DNA from: Myxococcota bacterium
GTDB taxonomy: Bacteria > Myxococcota_A > UBA9042 > PHBI01 > JAWLBL01
Direction: 5' to 3'
DNA length: 64,000 nucleotides
Assembly: GCA_041687695.1 (NCBI GenBank)
Contig: JAWLBL010000003.1
Location: forward strand, 215,660 to 279,659
The notes under the pieces were generated by a model. The model saw only the letters and a list, made by a program, of their open reading frames with translations, ran no database searches and was not told where the DNA came from. How positions within the stretch are numbered: the first letter of the stretch is position 1; every line of letters begins with the position of its first letter. This document shows, piece by piece, positions 29,184-39,800 of the stretch. A program made the translations under genes and the position numbers.

Positions 29184-30514
29184 CCGCGGGCGTCGGCAAC
29201 ATCGGGAAGGTGCCCGAGCTGCGGAGCCGTATCCTCTACACGCTGTTCCTGCTGGCGGTCTACCGCATCGGCGTGTTCATCACGGTTCCTGGCGTCAACC
29301 GCGAGGCCATGCAGAGCTACTTCCAGGGAGCCGCGAGCGGCTTCCTGGGGTTGTTCAACATGTTCAGCGGCGGCGCCATCGAGCAGGTCTCGATCTTCGC
29401 GCTCGGGATCATGCCCTACATCTCGGCCAGCATCATCCTGCAGCTGCTGACGGTCGTCGTCCCCGCGCTCGAGCGCCTTTCGAAGGAAGGCGAGCAAGGG
29501 CGTGCCAAGATCAACCAGTACACGCGTTACGGGACCATCCTGCTCTCGCTCGTCCAGGGCGTCAGCATCTCGTTCTTCCTCCAGTCGCTCAACGAGGCTG
29601 GCGGGGGCGCCGAGGGGGTCCTGCTGGGCGGTGGCTTCGGGTTCACGGCCATCACCGTGCTCACCCTGACGGCCGGCACCGTGTTCATCATGTGGCTCGG
29701 TGAGCAGATCACCGAGCGCGGCATCGGCAACGGCATCTCGCTCATCATCTTCGCCGGCATCGTGGCGAACCTGCCCGACGCGGTCATCCAGACCTGGAAC
29801 CTGACCGAGTTCGCCGGCGGCACGCTGAGCACGGCGACGCTGCTGATGGTGGGCGTGGTCGTCGTCGCGGTCATCGGGCTCATCGTCTTCTTCGAGCGTG
29901 GCCAGCGCCGCATCCCGGTCCGCTACGCCAAGAAGGTCGTCGGCACGCGGATGTACGGTGGCCAGAACACCTACCTGCCGCTGAAGGTCAACACGGCCGG
30001 CGTCATCCCTCCGATCTTCGCCAGCTCGATCCTGCTGTTCCCGACGACGCTCGGCAGCATGTTCCCGCAGGCGGGCTTCGTCGAGTGGATGAACACGAAC
30101 CTCATCCCGGGCCGGACGCTGTACAACCTCATCTACGTCGCCCTGATCGTGTTCTTCTGCTACTTCTACACGGCCGTCATGTTCAACCCGGTGGACGTGG
30201 CCGACAACATGAAGAAGTACGGCGGGTTCATCCCCGGCATCCGCGCCGGCAAGAAGACGGCCCAGTACATCGACCGCGTGTTGTCTCGCATCACGCTGGG
30301 CGGCGCGGTCTACATGTCCGCCGTCTGCATCCTGCCGACGTTCCTGCAGTCCGAGTTCGGGGTGCCGTTCTTCTTCGGTGGCACGGCGCTGCTCATCGTC
30401 GTCGCGGTCGCCCTCGACACGGTGCAGCAGATCGAGAGCCACCTGATCACGCGCAACTACGAGGGCTTCGGCGGCCAGTCCGGCGTCCGCGTCCGCGGCC
30501 GTCGGCGAGGTTGA
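29180..30514 (+). CDS. secY: Preprotein translocase subunit SecY
   Basis: [42 protein letters not shown]. Confidence 0.99.
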   Translation: MTAGVGNIGKVPELRSRILYTLFLLAVYRIGVFITVPGVNREAMQSYFQGAASGFLGLFNMFSGGAIEQVSIFALGIMPYISASIILQLLTVVVPALERLSKEGEQGRAKINQYTRYGTILLSLVQGVSISFFLQSLNEAGGGAEGVLLGGGFGFTAITVLTLTAGTVFIMWLGEQITERGIGNGISLIIFAGIVANLPDAVIQTWNLTEFAGGTLSTATLLMVGVVVVAVIGLIVFFERGQRRIPVRYAKKVVGTRMYGGQNTYLPLKVNTAGVIPPIFASSILLFPTTLGSMFPQAGFVEWMNTNLIPGRTLYNLIYVALIVFFCYFYTAVMFNPVDVADNMKKYGGFIPGIRAGKKTAQYIDRVLSRITLGGAVYMSAVCILPTFLQSEFGVPFFFGGTALLIVVAVALDTVQQIESHLITRNYEGFGGQSGVRVRGRRRG

Positions 30515-30517
30515 GCG

Positions 30518-31168
30518 ATGAAGTTGATGCTGCTCGGCGCGCCCGGGGTCGGCAAGGGCACCCAGGCCAAGATCCTCGTCACCGCGCATGGCCTCCCGCA
30601 GATCTCGACCGGCGACATGCTGCGATCGGCGGTCGAGCGCGGTACCGAGCTGGGGCGTGAGGCCAAGCGCTTCATGGACGCTGGCGCTCTGGTGCCCGAC
30701 GAGGTCGTGATCGGGATCGTCCGCGAGCGGCTCTCCGAGGCGGACACCGCTGGCGGGTTCATCCTCGACGGGTTCCCGCGCACCGTCGCGCAGGCCGAGG
30801 CCCTCGCGGCCTTTGCGCCGCTTGACGCGGTGGTCAGCATCGACGTGCCCGAGGAGCAGCTCGTCAGCCGCCTGACCGGTCGCCGCACATGTAGGGCTTG
30901 CGGTGCCATCTATCATGTTGTATCTAGCCCGCCCTCTACGGACGGGCGCTGCGACGTGTGTGGCGGTGAGCTGTACCAGCGCAGCGACGACCAGGAGGCG
31001 AGCATCCGTGAGCGCCTCCGGCAGTACCATGACAAGACGGCCCCTCTCGAGTCCTGGTACCGGGAGCGGGGGTTACTGGTGAGCATCGACGGGACGGGTC
31101 GTCCCGACGAGGTCACGGTCCGCCTCGAGCAAGCGCTCGAAGCGCGACGAGGTTCGAGCGAGGGTTGA
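30518..31168 (+). CDS. adk: Adenylate kinase (zinc-lid type)
   Basis: [28 protein letters not shown]...CDVC lid. Confidence 0.98.
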   Translation: MKLMLLGAPGVGKGTQAKILVTAHGLPQISTGDMLRSAVERGTELGREAKRFMDAGALVPDEVVIGIVRERLSEADTAGGFILDGFPRTVAQAEALAAFAPLDAVVSIDVPEEQLVSRLTGRRTCRACGAIYHVVSSPPSTDGRCDVCGGELYQRSDDQEASIRERLRQYHDKTAPLESWYRERGLLVSIDGTGRPDEVTVRLEQALEARRGSSEG

Positions 31169-31337
31169 CGGGTGGGGAGGTTTCCCGCCCGGTAGACCGA
31201 GGGTCTGGTCGGGTCACCGAAACCAGGCTCGAGGCGACCCGCTGGAGCCCTCGCCGACACATGGCCCTCCGTGGCCCGCAGCACCGAACGCTCCAGATTG
31301 GTCGAGAGGCCAGAGCAAGGACGCGAGGAGAGGAACC

Positions 31338-31451
31338 ATGAAGGTTCGGGCGTCAGTCAAGACGATTTGCGACAAGTGCAAGGTCATCAAGCGACGGGGT
31401 GTGGTCCGCGTCATCTGCGAGAACCCGCGCCACAAGCAGCGACAGGGGTAG
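31338..31451 (+). CDS. rpmJ: 50S ribosomal protein L36 (37 aa, not in the ORF track)
   Basis: Manual translation [37 protein letters not shown]. Confidence 0.98.
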   Translation: MKVRASVKTICDKCKVIKRRGVVRVICENPRHKQRQG

Positions 31452-31455
31452 GACG

Positions 31456-31824
31456 ATGGCACGTATCTCGGGTGTAGACCTGCCGCGGCGTAAGCCGGTG
31501 TGGATTGCGCTGACCTACATCTACGGGATCGGGCGCGCGACGGCGCGCCAGATCTGCGCCAAGGCCGAGGTCGACGAGACTCGCCGGATGGAGGATCTGG
31601 GGGACCAGGAGGTCGCTCGTCTCCGTCAGGTGATCACGGACGGCTACCGCGTCGAGGGTGACCTCCGGCGCGATGTGTCCATGGCCATCAAGCGCCTCAT
31701 GGACCTCGGTTCCTACCGCGGGCTCCGTCACCGCCGCGGCCTCCCGGTTCGGGGGCAGCGGACGCACACGAACGCTCGTACCCGCAAGGGACCGCGTCGT
31801 CAGGCCATCAAGAAGAAGAAGTAG
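31456..31824 (+). CDS. rpsM: 30S ribosomal protein S13
   Basis: [36 protein letters not shown]. Confidence 0.99.
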   Translation: MARISGVDLPRRKPVWIALTYIYGIGRATARQICAKAEVDETRRMEDLGDQEVARLRQVITDGYRVEGDLRRDVSMAIKRLMDLGSYRGLRHRRGLPVRGQRTHTNARTRKGPRRQAIKKKK

Positions 31825-31857
31825 CGTGGGCCACGGGCGCCACGAGAGGGTGTAGTC

Positions 31858-32247
<390 letters not shown>

Positions 32248-32266
32248 GACAAGGTAGAGGCACGAC

Positions 32267-32893
32267 ATGGCCAGGTATATCGGACCCGTGTGCCGCATTT
32301 GCCGGCGCGAGGGGCTCAAGCTCTTCCTCAAGGGCGACCGTTGCTACACCGAGAAGTGCGCCATCGAGCGTCGCGCCTACCCCCCGGGGCAGCACGGCCA
32401 GGCGCACCGCAAGCTGAGCGACTACGGCTCGCAGCTGCGCGAGAAGCAGAAGGTCCGTCGTATGTACGGCCTGCTCGAGCAGCAGTTCCGCAGCTACTAC
32501 CAGCTCGCCGACCGCAAGAAGGGCGTCACGGGTGAGAACCTGCTGCGCCTTCTCGAGATGCGGCTCGACAACGTCGTGTTCCGGCTCGGCTTCGCGGTCA
32601 ACCGCGCCGAGGCGCGTCAGATCGTTCGCCACAACCTGGTGACGCTGAACGGCCGCAAGGCGAACGTGCCGTCGATCCAGGTGCGCAAGGGCGACGTCAT
32701 CGAGGTCAAGCCGAAGGCTCAGAAGCACGTGCGCGTGGCCACCGCGGTCGACAACGTCGATCGTCGCGGCATCCCGCAGTGGCTCGAGCTCGATCGCAAG
32801 GCCTTCAAGGGCACCGTCCGCGACGTGCCGGCGCGTGAGGACGTCACGATGCCGATCGAAGAGCACCTCATCGTCGAGCTCTACAGCAAGTAG
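32267..32893 (+). CDS. rpsD: 30S ribosomal protein S4
   Basis: [42 protein letters not shown]. Confidence 0.99.
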   Translation: MARYIGPVCRICRREGLKLFLKGDRCYTEKCAIERRAYPPGQHGQAHRKLSDYGSQLREKQKVRRMYGLLEQQFRSYYQLADRKKGVTGENLLRLLEMRLDNVVFRLGFAVNRAEARQIVRHNLVTLNGRKANVPSIQVRKGDVIEVKPKAQKHVRVATAVDNVDRRGIPQWLELDRKAFKGTVRDVPAREDVTMPIEEHLIVELYSK

Positions 32894-33046
32894 CCCGAGC
32901 GCGGCGCCCCGGGTTGGGGCGCGGCCTGGCGGGGCCTTCCGAAGAGGCGCTCGCCATTCCTTCCACGCGCAGCGAGAAGCGCTTCTCGAGCCCATGCCTC
33001 GGCGTGGGCTCGGTCGCGCGTGGGTCGCTGACGAGAGAGGACCGAC

Positions 33047-34045
33047 ATGTATCGTAACTGGCGACAGCTCATCCGGCCGAAGGGCATCGACGTCGATCAC
33101 GCCACGCTCAACGAGAAGTACGGCGAGTTCACGGCGGAGCCGCTCGAGCGCGGTTTCGGGATCACCATCGGCAACTCGCTGCGGCGCATTCTGCTCAGCT
33201 CGCTGCGCGGCGCCGCCTTCGTCGGCGCGCGCATCGAGGGCGCGGCGCACGAGTTCACGAGCATCCCGGGCGTCGTCGAGGACATCGCCGACATCGTCCT
33301 CAACCTCAAGGAGGTGCAGCTGCGCCTCAACGCTGAGGGGCCGCGGACGATCCGCTTCGAGCGCAGCGAGCCGGGGCTGGTGCGTGCGGGTGACCTCAAG
33401 CTCGACAGCGCCATCGACATCCTCAACCCCGATCACCCGATCGCCACGATCGCCGAGGACGGCAAGCTCGTGATGGAGCTCGTCATCGACGAGGGCAAGG
33501 GCTACGTCGCGGCCGAACAGAACCGGAAGGAAGAGTGGCCGGTGGGCACCATCGCCCTGGACGCCATCTTCTCGCCGATCCGCAAGGTCAACTACCGCGT
33601 GACCAACGCGCGTGTCGGCCAGCGGACCGACTATGACAAGCTGACCCTCGAGGTCTGGACCAACGGCGCCGTGCTCCCCGAGGACGCGGTGGCGCTGGCG
33701 GCGAAGATCCTCAAAGAGCAGCTGCAGATCTTCATCAACTTCGACGAGGAGATCGAGCCCGTCGAGGAAGAGGCGCGGCTCGAGGTTCCGGTCAACGAGA
33801 ACCTCTACCGCACCGTGGACGAGCTCGAGCTGAGTGTGCGCTCGGCCAACTGTCTCCAGAACGCCAACATCCGTTTCATTGGCGAGCTGGTGCAGAAGAC
33901 CGAGGCCGAGATGCTCAAGACGAAGAACTTCGGCCGGAAGTCCCTCAAGGAGATCAAGGAGATCCTCGCCGAGATGGGACTGAGCCTGGGGATGAAGGTC
34001 GACGGCTTCGATCCGTCGAAGCAGTCCGCACCGGCCAATCAGTAG
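33047..34045 (+). CDS. rpoA: RNA polymerase alpha subunit
   Basis: [40 protein letters not shown]. Confidence 0.99.
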   Translation: MYRNWRQLIRPKGIDVDHATLNEKYGEFTAEPLERGFGITIGNSLRRILLSSLRGAAFVGARIEGAAHEFTSIPGVVEDIADIVLNLKEVQLRLNAEGPRTIRFERSEPGLVRAGDLKLDSAIDILNPDHPIATIAEDGKLVMELVIDEGKGYVAAEQNRKEEWPVGTIALDAIFSPIRKVNYRVTNARVGQRTDYDKLTLEVWTNGAVLPEDAVALAAKILKEQLQIFINFDEEIEPVEEEARLEVPVNENLYRTVDELELSVRSANCLQNANIRFIGELVQKTEAEMLKTKNFGRKSLKEIKEILAEMGLSLGMKVDGFDPSKQSAPANQ

Positions 34046-34125
34046 ATTCAACGATGTGATGGGGACGGATCGGGTCCGCCCTGGATGCGGGTCCGGTCTC
34101 GTTCGACCGGCGAGGAGTAGTCGTC

Positions 34126-34590
34126 ATGCGCCATCGTAAGCAGGGCCGGAAGCTCGGCCGTACCACGAGTCACCGAGAGGCGATGTTCCGGAACATGGTG
34201 ACCTCGCTCTTCGAGCACGGTCGCCTCCGGACCACGGAGCCTAAGGCGAAGGAGCTCCGCAGCCTCGCCGACAAGCTGATCACGCTTGGCAAGAAGGACA
34301 CGCTGCACGCGCGGCGCCTGGCGGCCCGTACGATCCGCAGCCAGGAGGTCCTGGCCAAGCTCTTCAGCGAGATCGCGCCGGGGTTCGCTGAGCGCTTCGG
34401 CGGCTACACGCGCATCCTGAAGCTGGGCAATCGCCTGGGCGACAACGCTTCGATGGCCATCATCGAGCTCATGCCGGCCGGCGCGCCCGAGCCGAAGGCG
34501 GGTCGTGCGCCGCGCGCTGTGGCGCCCAGCCTGAAGCCGACGGCGCAGATCCCGGAGACGAAGGAGCGGTTTGAGGGCGAGGGCGAGTAG
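34126..34590 (+). CDS. rplQ: 50S ribosomal protein L17 (with C-terminal extension)
   Basis: [30 protein letters not shown]. Confidence 0.98.
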   Translation: MRHRKQGRKLGRTTSHREAMFRNMVTSLFEHGRLRTTEPKAKELRSLADKLITLGKKDTLHARRLAARTIRSQEVLAKLFSEIAPGFAERFGGYTRILKLGNRLGDNASMAIIELMPAGAPEPKAGRAPRAVAPSLKPTAQIPETKERFEGEGE

Positions 34591-34593
34591 CCC

Positions 34594-34622
34594 TTGACAG
34601 GCTCTCGGGCCGCCGCTAAGGT
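34594..34622 (+). promoter_or_regulatory. sigma70 promoter of the tRNA Gln-Glu-Glu operon
   Basis: TTGACA-N17-TAAGGT. Confidence 0.65.
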
Positions 34623-34678
34623 TCGCATCCGCTTCGCCCGGCCGAGGGCGAAGAAGCCGTGACAAGTCAGATCGCTGC

Positions 34679-34752
34679 TCGGGGATCGTCTAATGGCAGG
34701 ACAACGGATTCTGATTCCGTTTATCTAGGTTCGAATCCTAGTCCCCGAACCA
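34679..34752 (+). tRNA. tRNA-Gln(CUG)
   Basis: TCGGGGA/TCCCCGA stem (U1-A72), TTCTGAT loop, ends ACCA. Confidence 0.93.
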
Positions 34753-34787
34753 GCCGGTGGCCGGCATGCCTTGCCGGTCACCACTCC

Positions 34788-34863
34788 GGGGCGTTCGTCT
34801 AGTGGCCTAGGACGCCGGCCTCTCACGTCGGTAACACGGGTTCGACTCCCGTACGCCCTACCA
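34788..34863 (+). tRNA. tRNA-Glu(CUC) copy 1
   Basis: GGGGCGT/ACGCCCT stem, CTCTCAC loop, GGTTCGACTCC, ACCA. Confidence 0.95.
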
Positions 34864-34963
34864 AACACCCCCAAGCCAGCTGGCCATGGCTTGGGGATCC
34901 CTTCACCAGGTCATCAGCCCATGACCTGGGGAATCGCCCACCGGATGGTGGGTCCCGCTCTGC

Positions 34964-35039
34964 GGGGCGTTCGTCTAGTGGCCTAGGACGCCGGCCTCTC
35001 ACGTCGGTAACACGGGTTCGACTCCCGTACGCCCTACCA
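34964..35039 (+). tRNA. tRNA-Glu(CUC) copy 2
   Basis: Identical 76 nt to copy 1. Confidence 0.95.
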
Positions 35040-35042
35040 GAA

Positions 35043-35349
35043 CACCAACGAGCCCGGGTCGCGAGATCCGGGCTCGTTGCGTTTCGAAGGCTGGGGTGAG
35101 CGCGTCGTCACCAACAGCCCGGGTCGCGAGATCCGGACTCGTTGCGTTTCCAGGGCTGGGATGAGCGCGTCGTCACCAACAGCCCGGGTCGTGAGATCCG
35201 GACTCGTTGCGTTTCGAAGGCTGGGATGAGCGCGTCGTCACCAACACCCGGGTCGTGAGATCCGGGCTCGTTGCGTTTCGAGGCGCGGTAAGAGGGCGTC
35301 GTCATCGACAGCCCGGGTCGTGAGATCCGGGCTCGTTGCGTTTCGAAGC
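35043..35349 (+). repeat. 5 x ~65-bp tandem repeat, each unit with a terminator-like hairpin
   Basis: Unit CACCAACAGCCCGGGTCGYGAGATCCGGRCTCGTTGCGTTTCGAAGGCTGGGATGAGCGCGTCGT; starts at 35043, 35109, 35174, 35239, 35303. Confidence 0.92.
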
Positions 35350-35715
35350 CTTGTACAGGGCTTGCGGATGGGTGGGTTGAGCCGGGGCGTCACACGGCCG
35401 TCGTAGCGCGGCGCCGATGGGTTCGTTGCGCACTTCTTCGCGTGCGCTGTGGGGGGATGGGCCGTCAGCATGAAGCCTGGATCCGGCCCTGTCTCGGAGA
35501 GGGGCGGGAGCCTCCCGGTCGGAGTCGCGTGGCCTTCGGGTGCGAGAGCGGCCGACGTCCGCCGTCGTCGGGGGTGCGGGTGCGGTTCGGCGATCCAGGC
35601 GCTCGTGCCGGTCGGGGCCCGGCGCACTGGTGGCCGCAACGCGTATCGGCGGCCCCGGCGGCGTTCGTGGGAAATCGGGGGCCGCGAGGGCCGCGGCTGC
35701 GTTGCGTCGACGGGG

Positions 35716-36418
35716 TCGCGCGAGGCCGCGAGCGGATCTGCGGGGGGCTGGGGGCGAGTGAGTGGGGGCGGGCGTCGGCTTTGCGGGAGGCGGCCCATGG
35801 TCGCGAGGCCCGTGGGCTGCGTTTGGGGGCTCCACTGCGATCGGTTCTGTGGGGGCCGGGCGGTGGGCGCCGTTGGGCCGTGTGGCTGTTGGGGAAGCGT
35901 CCCATGGTCGCGAGGCCCGACAGCAGCGTCCGGGTCGACGATCTCGCGCGAGGCCGCGAGCGGATCTGTGGGGGGCTGGGGGCGAGTGAGTGGGGGCGGG
36001 CGTCGGCTTTGCGGGAGGCGGCCCATGGTCGCGAGGCCCGTGGGCTGCGTCTGGAGTCTCCACTGGGATGGGTGCTGTGGGGGCCGGGCGGTGAGCGCCG
36101 TTCGGTCGTGTGGGTGTGGGGGAGCGTCCCATGGTCGCGAGGCCCGACAGCAGCGTCCGGGTCGACGATCTCGCGCGAGGCCGCGAGCGGATCTGTGGGG
36201 GTCTGGGGGCGAGTGAGTGGGGGCGGGAGTCGGCTTTGCGGGTAGGGGCCCATGGTCGCGGAGCCCGAGGGCTGCGTCTGGGGTCTTCACTGGGATAGGT
36301 TCTGTGGGGGCCGGGCCGTGAGCGCCGTTGGGCCGTGTGGCTTTGGGGGAAGCGTCCCATGGTCGCGAGGCCCGACAGCTGCGTCCGGGTCGATGATCTC
36401 GCGCGAGGTTGCGAGCGG
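35716..36418. repeat. 3 x ~228-bp G-rich tandem repeat plus the start of a fourth unit
   Basis: Unit starts (TCGCGCGAGG) at 35716, 35944, 36171, 36399; each unit holds two CCCATGGTCGCGAGGCCC sub-motifs (one degenerate). Confidence 0.92.
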
Positions 36419-36850
36419 TTCAGAAAGTGCTGGGCCGAGGGTGGGCGGCGCGGCCGCACTCACGGGCGAGGATCGTCCGAGGAGCGCGCGGCCCGAGGGC
36501 GATTGGAGACCTCCCGCGCGGCCTGATCGTTGGGGCCGTGGTTCGCTGTGGAGGCGGTTGGGGGGCTCGTCGGTGCCCTGCACGGCGACTGTAGCGGTGA
36601 GCGCGCTGCTGAGGTCGGCGACGCGAGCCTGGTCTTCGGGGGACGGGCGTTCTGAGGCGCCTGGGAGGTGATCGTAGGCGGCCGGCGGCGACCCGGGCGC
36701 CTGACCCGGCCTTGGCCGCTGCCGCAGCCTGCGGGCCCATCGCGCGGTGGCGGCCGGGCGGCGCGGAGTGGGCGAGCTTCTGCCCCATGGCCGGCCGGCG
36801 AGGGTGTCGGACGACTGCGGACGCCTTCGTGGGGGAGCCGCGGACGTGGG

Positions 36851-39800
36851 TCACGTCACCGTGAGCTCGCGCTCGATGACGATGTTGTATGCGCGGAGCT
36901 TGTTGTAGAGCGTGCGCCGGTCGATGCCCAGCTGCTCGGCGGCGCGCTTTTTGTTCCCGCGGGTGTCCTCGAGGGCCTGGATGATGGCGTCGCGTTCGAT
37001 GTCGGCCAGGGTGCGGCCCGAGAGCGAGGTTGAGCTGGGCCCGCGCTGGGGAGCTCCGACGATGTCGGGGAAGGAGTGGAAGTCGGCCGGCTGGAGCGCG
37101 TCGCCTTCGGCGAAGAGGCTGGCGTTCTTGAGGACCATCTCGAGCTGCCGGATGTTGCCCGGCCAGTGATAGCCCTGGAGGAGGGCCATGGCCGTCGGCG
37201 TGACTCCGGACACGCGCGACAGGCCCGAGGCCTGGTTGAGCTGGAGGAAGTGTTGGACGAGCTCCGGGATGTCGTCGCGGCGGTCGCGTAGCGGCGGCAG
37301 CTGGATGGGCACGACGCTGAGGCGATAGTACAGGTCCTCTCGGAAGCGCCCGTGGGCGACCTCCTCCTCGAGCCTGCGGTTGGTCGCGGCGACGATGCGC
37401 ACGTCGACCCGAATGTCGGCCGTGGCGCCGACCTTCTTGATCTCGCCGTTCTGCAAGACGCGGAGCAGCTTGACCTGCATCTCGAGGGGCAGCTCGCCGA
37501 GCTCGTCGAGCAGCAGGGTGCCGCCGTGCGCCGCCTCGAACAGGCCCTTCTTGTCCGACGTGGCCCCCGTGAAGGCTCCGCGCACGTGACCGAACAGCTC
37601 GGTCTCGAGGAGGTTGGCGGGGATGGCGCCGCAGTTGACGGCGACGAAGGGACGATCCCGCCGAGCGCCGTTGAAGTGGATGGCCCGGGCGACGAGCTCC
37701 TTGCCGGTGCCGGACTCGCCCTCGATGAGCACGGGGATGTTGTTGTCGAGCAGGCGGTCCATCACGGCGAAGACCGAGCGCAGGCTGCGGGAGCTGCCGA
37801 TGATGCTGCCGTAGGTGTGGCGCGCCTCGAGCTGACGCTGCTGGCGGACGACGACCTTGTGCGTGTCTTCGAGCTCGCGCGTGCGGGCCTCGAGTTGGCT
37901 GGCGAGCTTGCGGTTGAGGGCCTCGACCTCGCGTTGCGACTGCTCGAGGGCTCTTTGGGATTGCTCCTTCACCTCGATGAGCTGGGCGTTGCTGACGGCG
38001 ATGCCCGCCTGGTCGGCGAAGGCCTCCATGAAGCGGGTGTCCTGGTCGCCGAAGGCCGCCGCGCGGAAGCGGTTGTCCAGGTAGATGGCGCCGATGACCC
38101 GTCCGCGGACGCGCATGGGCAGGCACAGGACCGACCGGAGGCGCAGATCGTGGACCGACAGGTGCTCGCGGTAGCGGGCGTCCTCCATCGCGTCGACGGT
38201 GAGCACGGGATCGCCGGTCTCGATGACGCGCTTGGCGATGGAGTGGCTGATCTTGAAGCGCGTGTTGCGCAGGTTCTCGCGATCGATGTTGCGGGCGACG
38301 TGGACGTCGAGGTCGCCGTCGGTGTCCGTGTCGGAGGCGAGGAGCAGGAAGCCGCGCTCGGCGCCGGTCAGCAGGATCGCCGAGTCCATGATGTACTCGA
38401 GCAGTCGCCGCACGTCGTATTCGGTGTTGAGGCGCTTGTTGATCTCGAGCAACCGCTCCCAGCGCCCGTCGACCGCGGCCGGCACCGCGGCCTCGGACGC
38501 CGGGCGCGTGAGCGTCGACAGGATCCGCCAGGCGTTGCGACGCTCGCGCAGCTGCCGGAAGGCGGAGCGGTGCTTGGCGGGGACGGCGTCCTCGAGCTGC
38601 TGCAGCAGTCGGCGCGCCTCGGCCGCGCGCGCCGCCGACGCCGCTTCGTCCCCGAGGGCCGCCGCAAGGAGCGCGGCCTCGACGAGCACCGGCCAGCGGC
38701 CGTCGGGGTTGGTCACGGCGTCGAGGTCGGCCAGCGCGGCCTCCATCTGCTGGCGGGCGTGCTCCACGTCGCCATGCACGCTGCGATGGGCGGCCGCGGC
38801 CACGAGCGCCCGGGCCTGCACGGCCAGACCCCGGCTCTCGATGCGCTCGGCCAACGCCAAGGCTTCGTCGGCGGCTGCCTTCGCCGCGCCGTGGTCCTGC
38901 CGCTCGAGACGCAGGCGGGCCAGGTTGAGGCGCGCTTCGATCTCCTCGGTCGCGCTTTGGCTGCCCGTGGCCGCTGCGATGGCCTGGTCGAGCAGCTCCT
39001 CGGCGAGCGGCCACCTCTCCTCGGCGAGCGCGATCTCGCCGAGGAGGGTCAGCAGGATGGCTTCCATGTGTCGGTTGGCCTCGGCGCGCGCCAACGTCAG
39101 GCCTCTGGTGAGGACCTCTCTTGCGGCCGTCAGCTCGCCCAGAAAGCGCCAGAGGTTGCCCAGGTTGCCGGCCAGCTGGATGACACGGCCGGTCTGACCC
39201 AGGCCTTCGGCCAGCGCGAGCGCCTCGCGATAGGTGTCGAGGGCCTCGGGCCACACGCCCCGCTCGTGGTGGACGACGCCCAGGTTCTGTAACGCCGTCA
39301 GCACCCGGGCGTCGTCACCGGCGCGCTCACCGAGGCGGAGGGCGGCCTCGTAGTGCGCCACGGCGGCGTCCAGCTGCCCGCGCCGGTGCGCGACGAGCCC
39401 CAGGGCCGTCACGACGGCGGCCTCCTCGACGCCATCTTCGGCGCGGCGGATGTCGACGAGCGCCGCCTCGAGGCGGGTCTGCGCGGCGTCGAGTTCACCT
39501 CGGAACCAAGCGGCGAGTCCCATCGTGTAACCCAAGCGGCCCCGCAGCGCGGGGTCGTGCGTCAGCGCCATCGCCTCGTTCGCACAACGGTGCGCCTCGT
39601 CCAGATCTCCCGACAGGACGGCGCTCCGGGCGATGCCGGCGCCGATCTCGGCGGCGTCGCCCGGGCCGAGCTCGCCCGCCCCGCGCAGCTCGGCCGCGCG
39701 GAACGCCTCGATCGCCGCGGCGTGGCGGGACTGGCGGGCCAGCAGGGCGCCGCGTCGCGTGAGGACGCGGGACGCGACGACGGGATCGTCCGCGCCGGAC

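Noticed and set aside
35043..36418. CRISPR array interpretation of the 65-bp and 228-bp repeats
   Set aside because: Intervening sequences are themselves repeated rather than unique spacers, and no cas genes are in the window
35238..36671. Pro/Gly-rich ORFs across the 228-bp repeat as a repeat protein
   Set aside because: One unit is 227 bp (frameshift), no RBS, atypical codon usage
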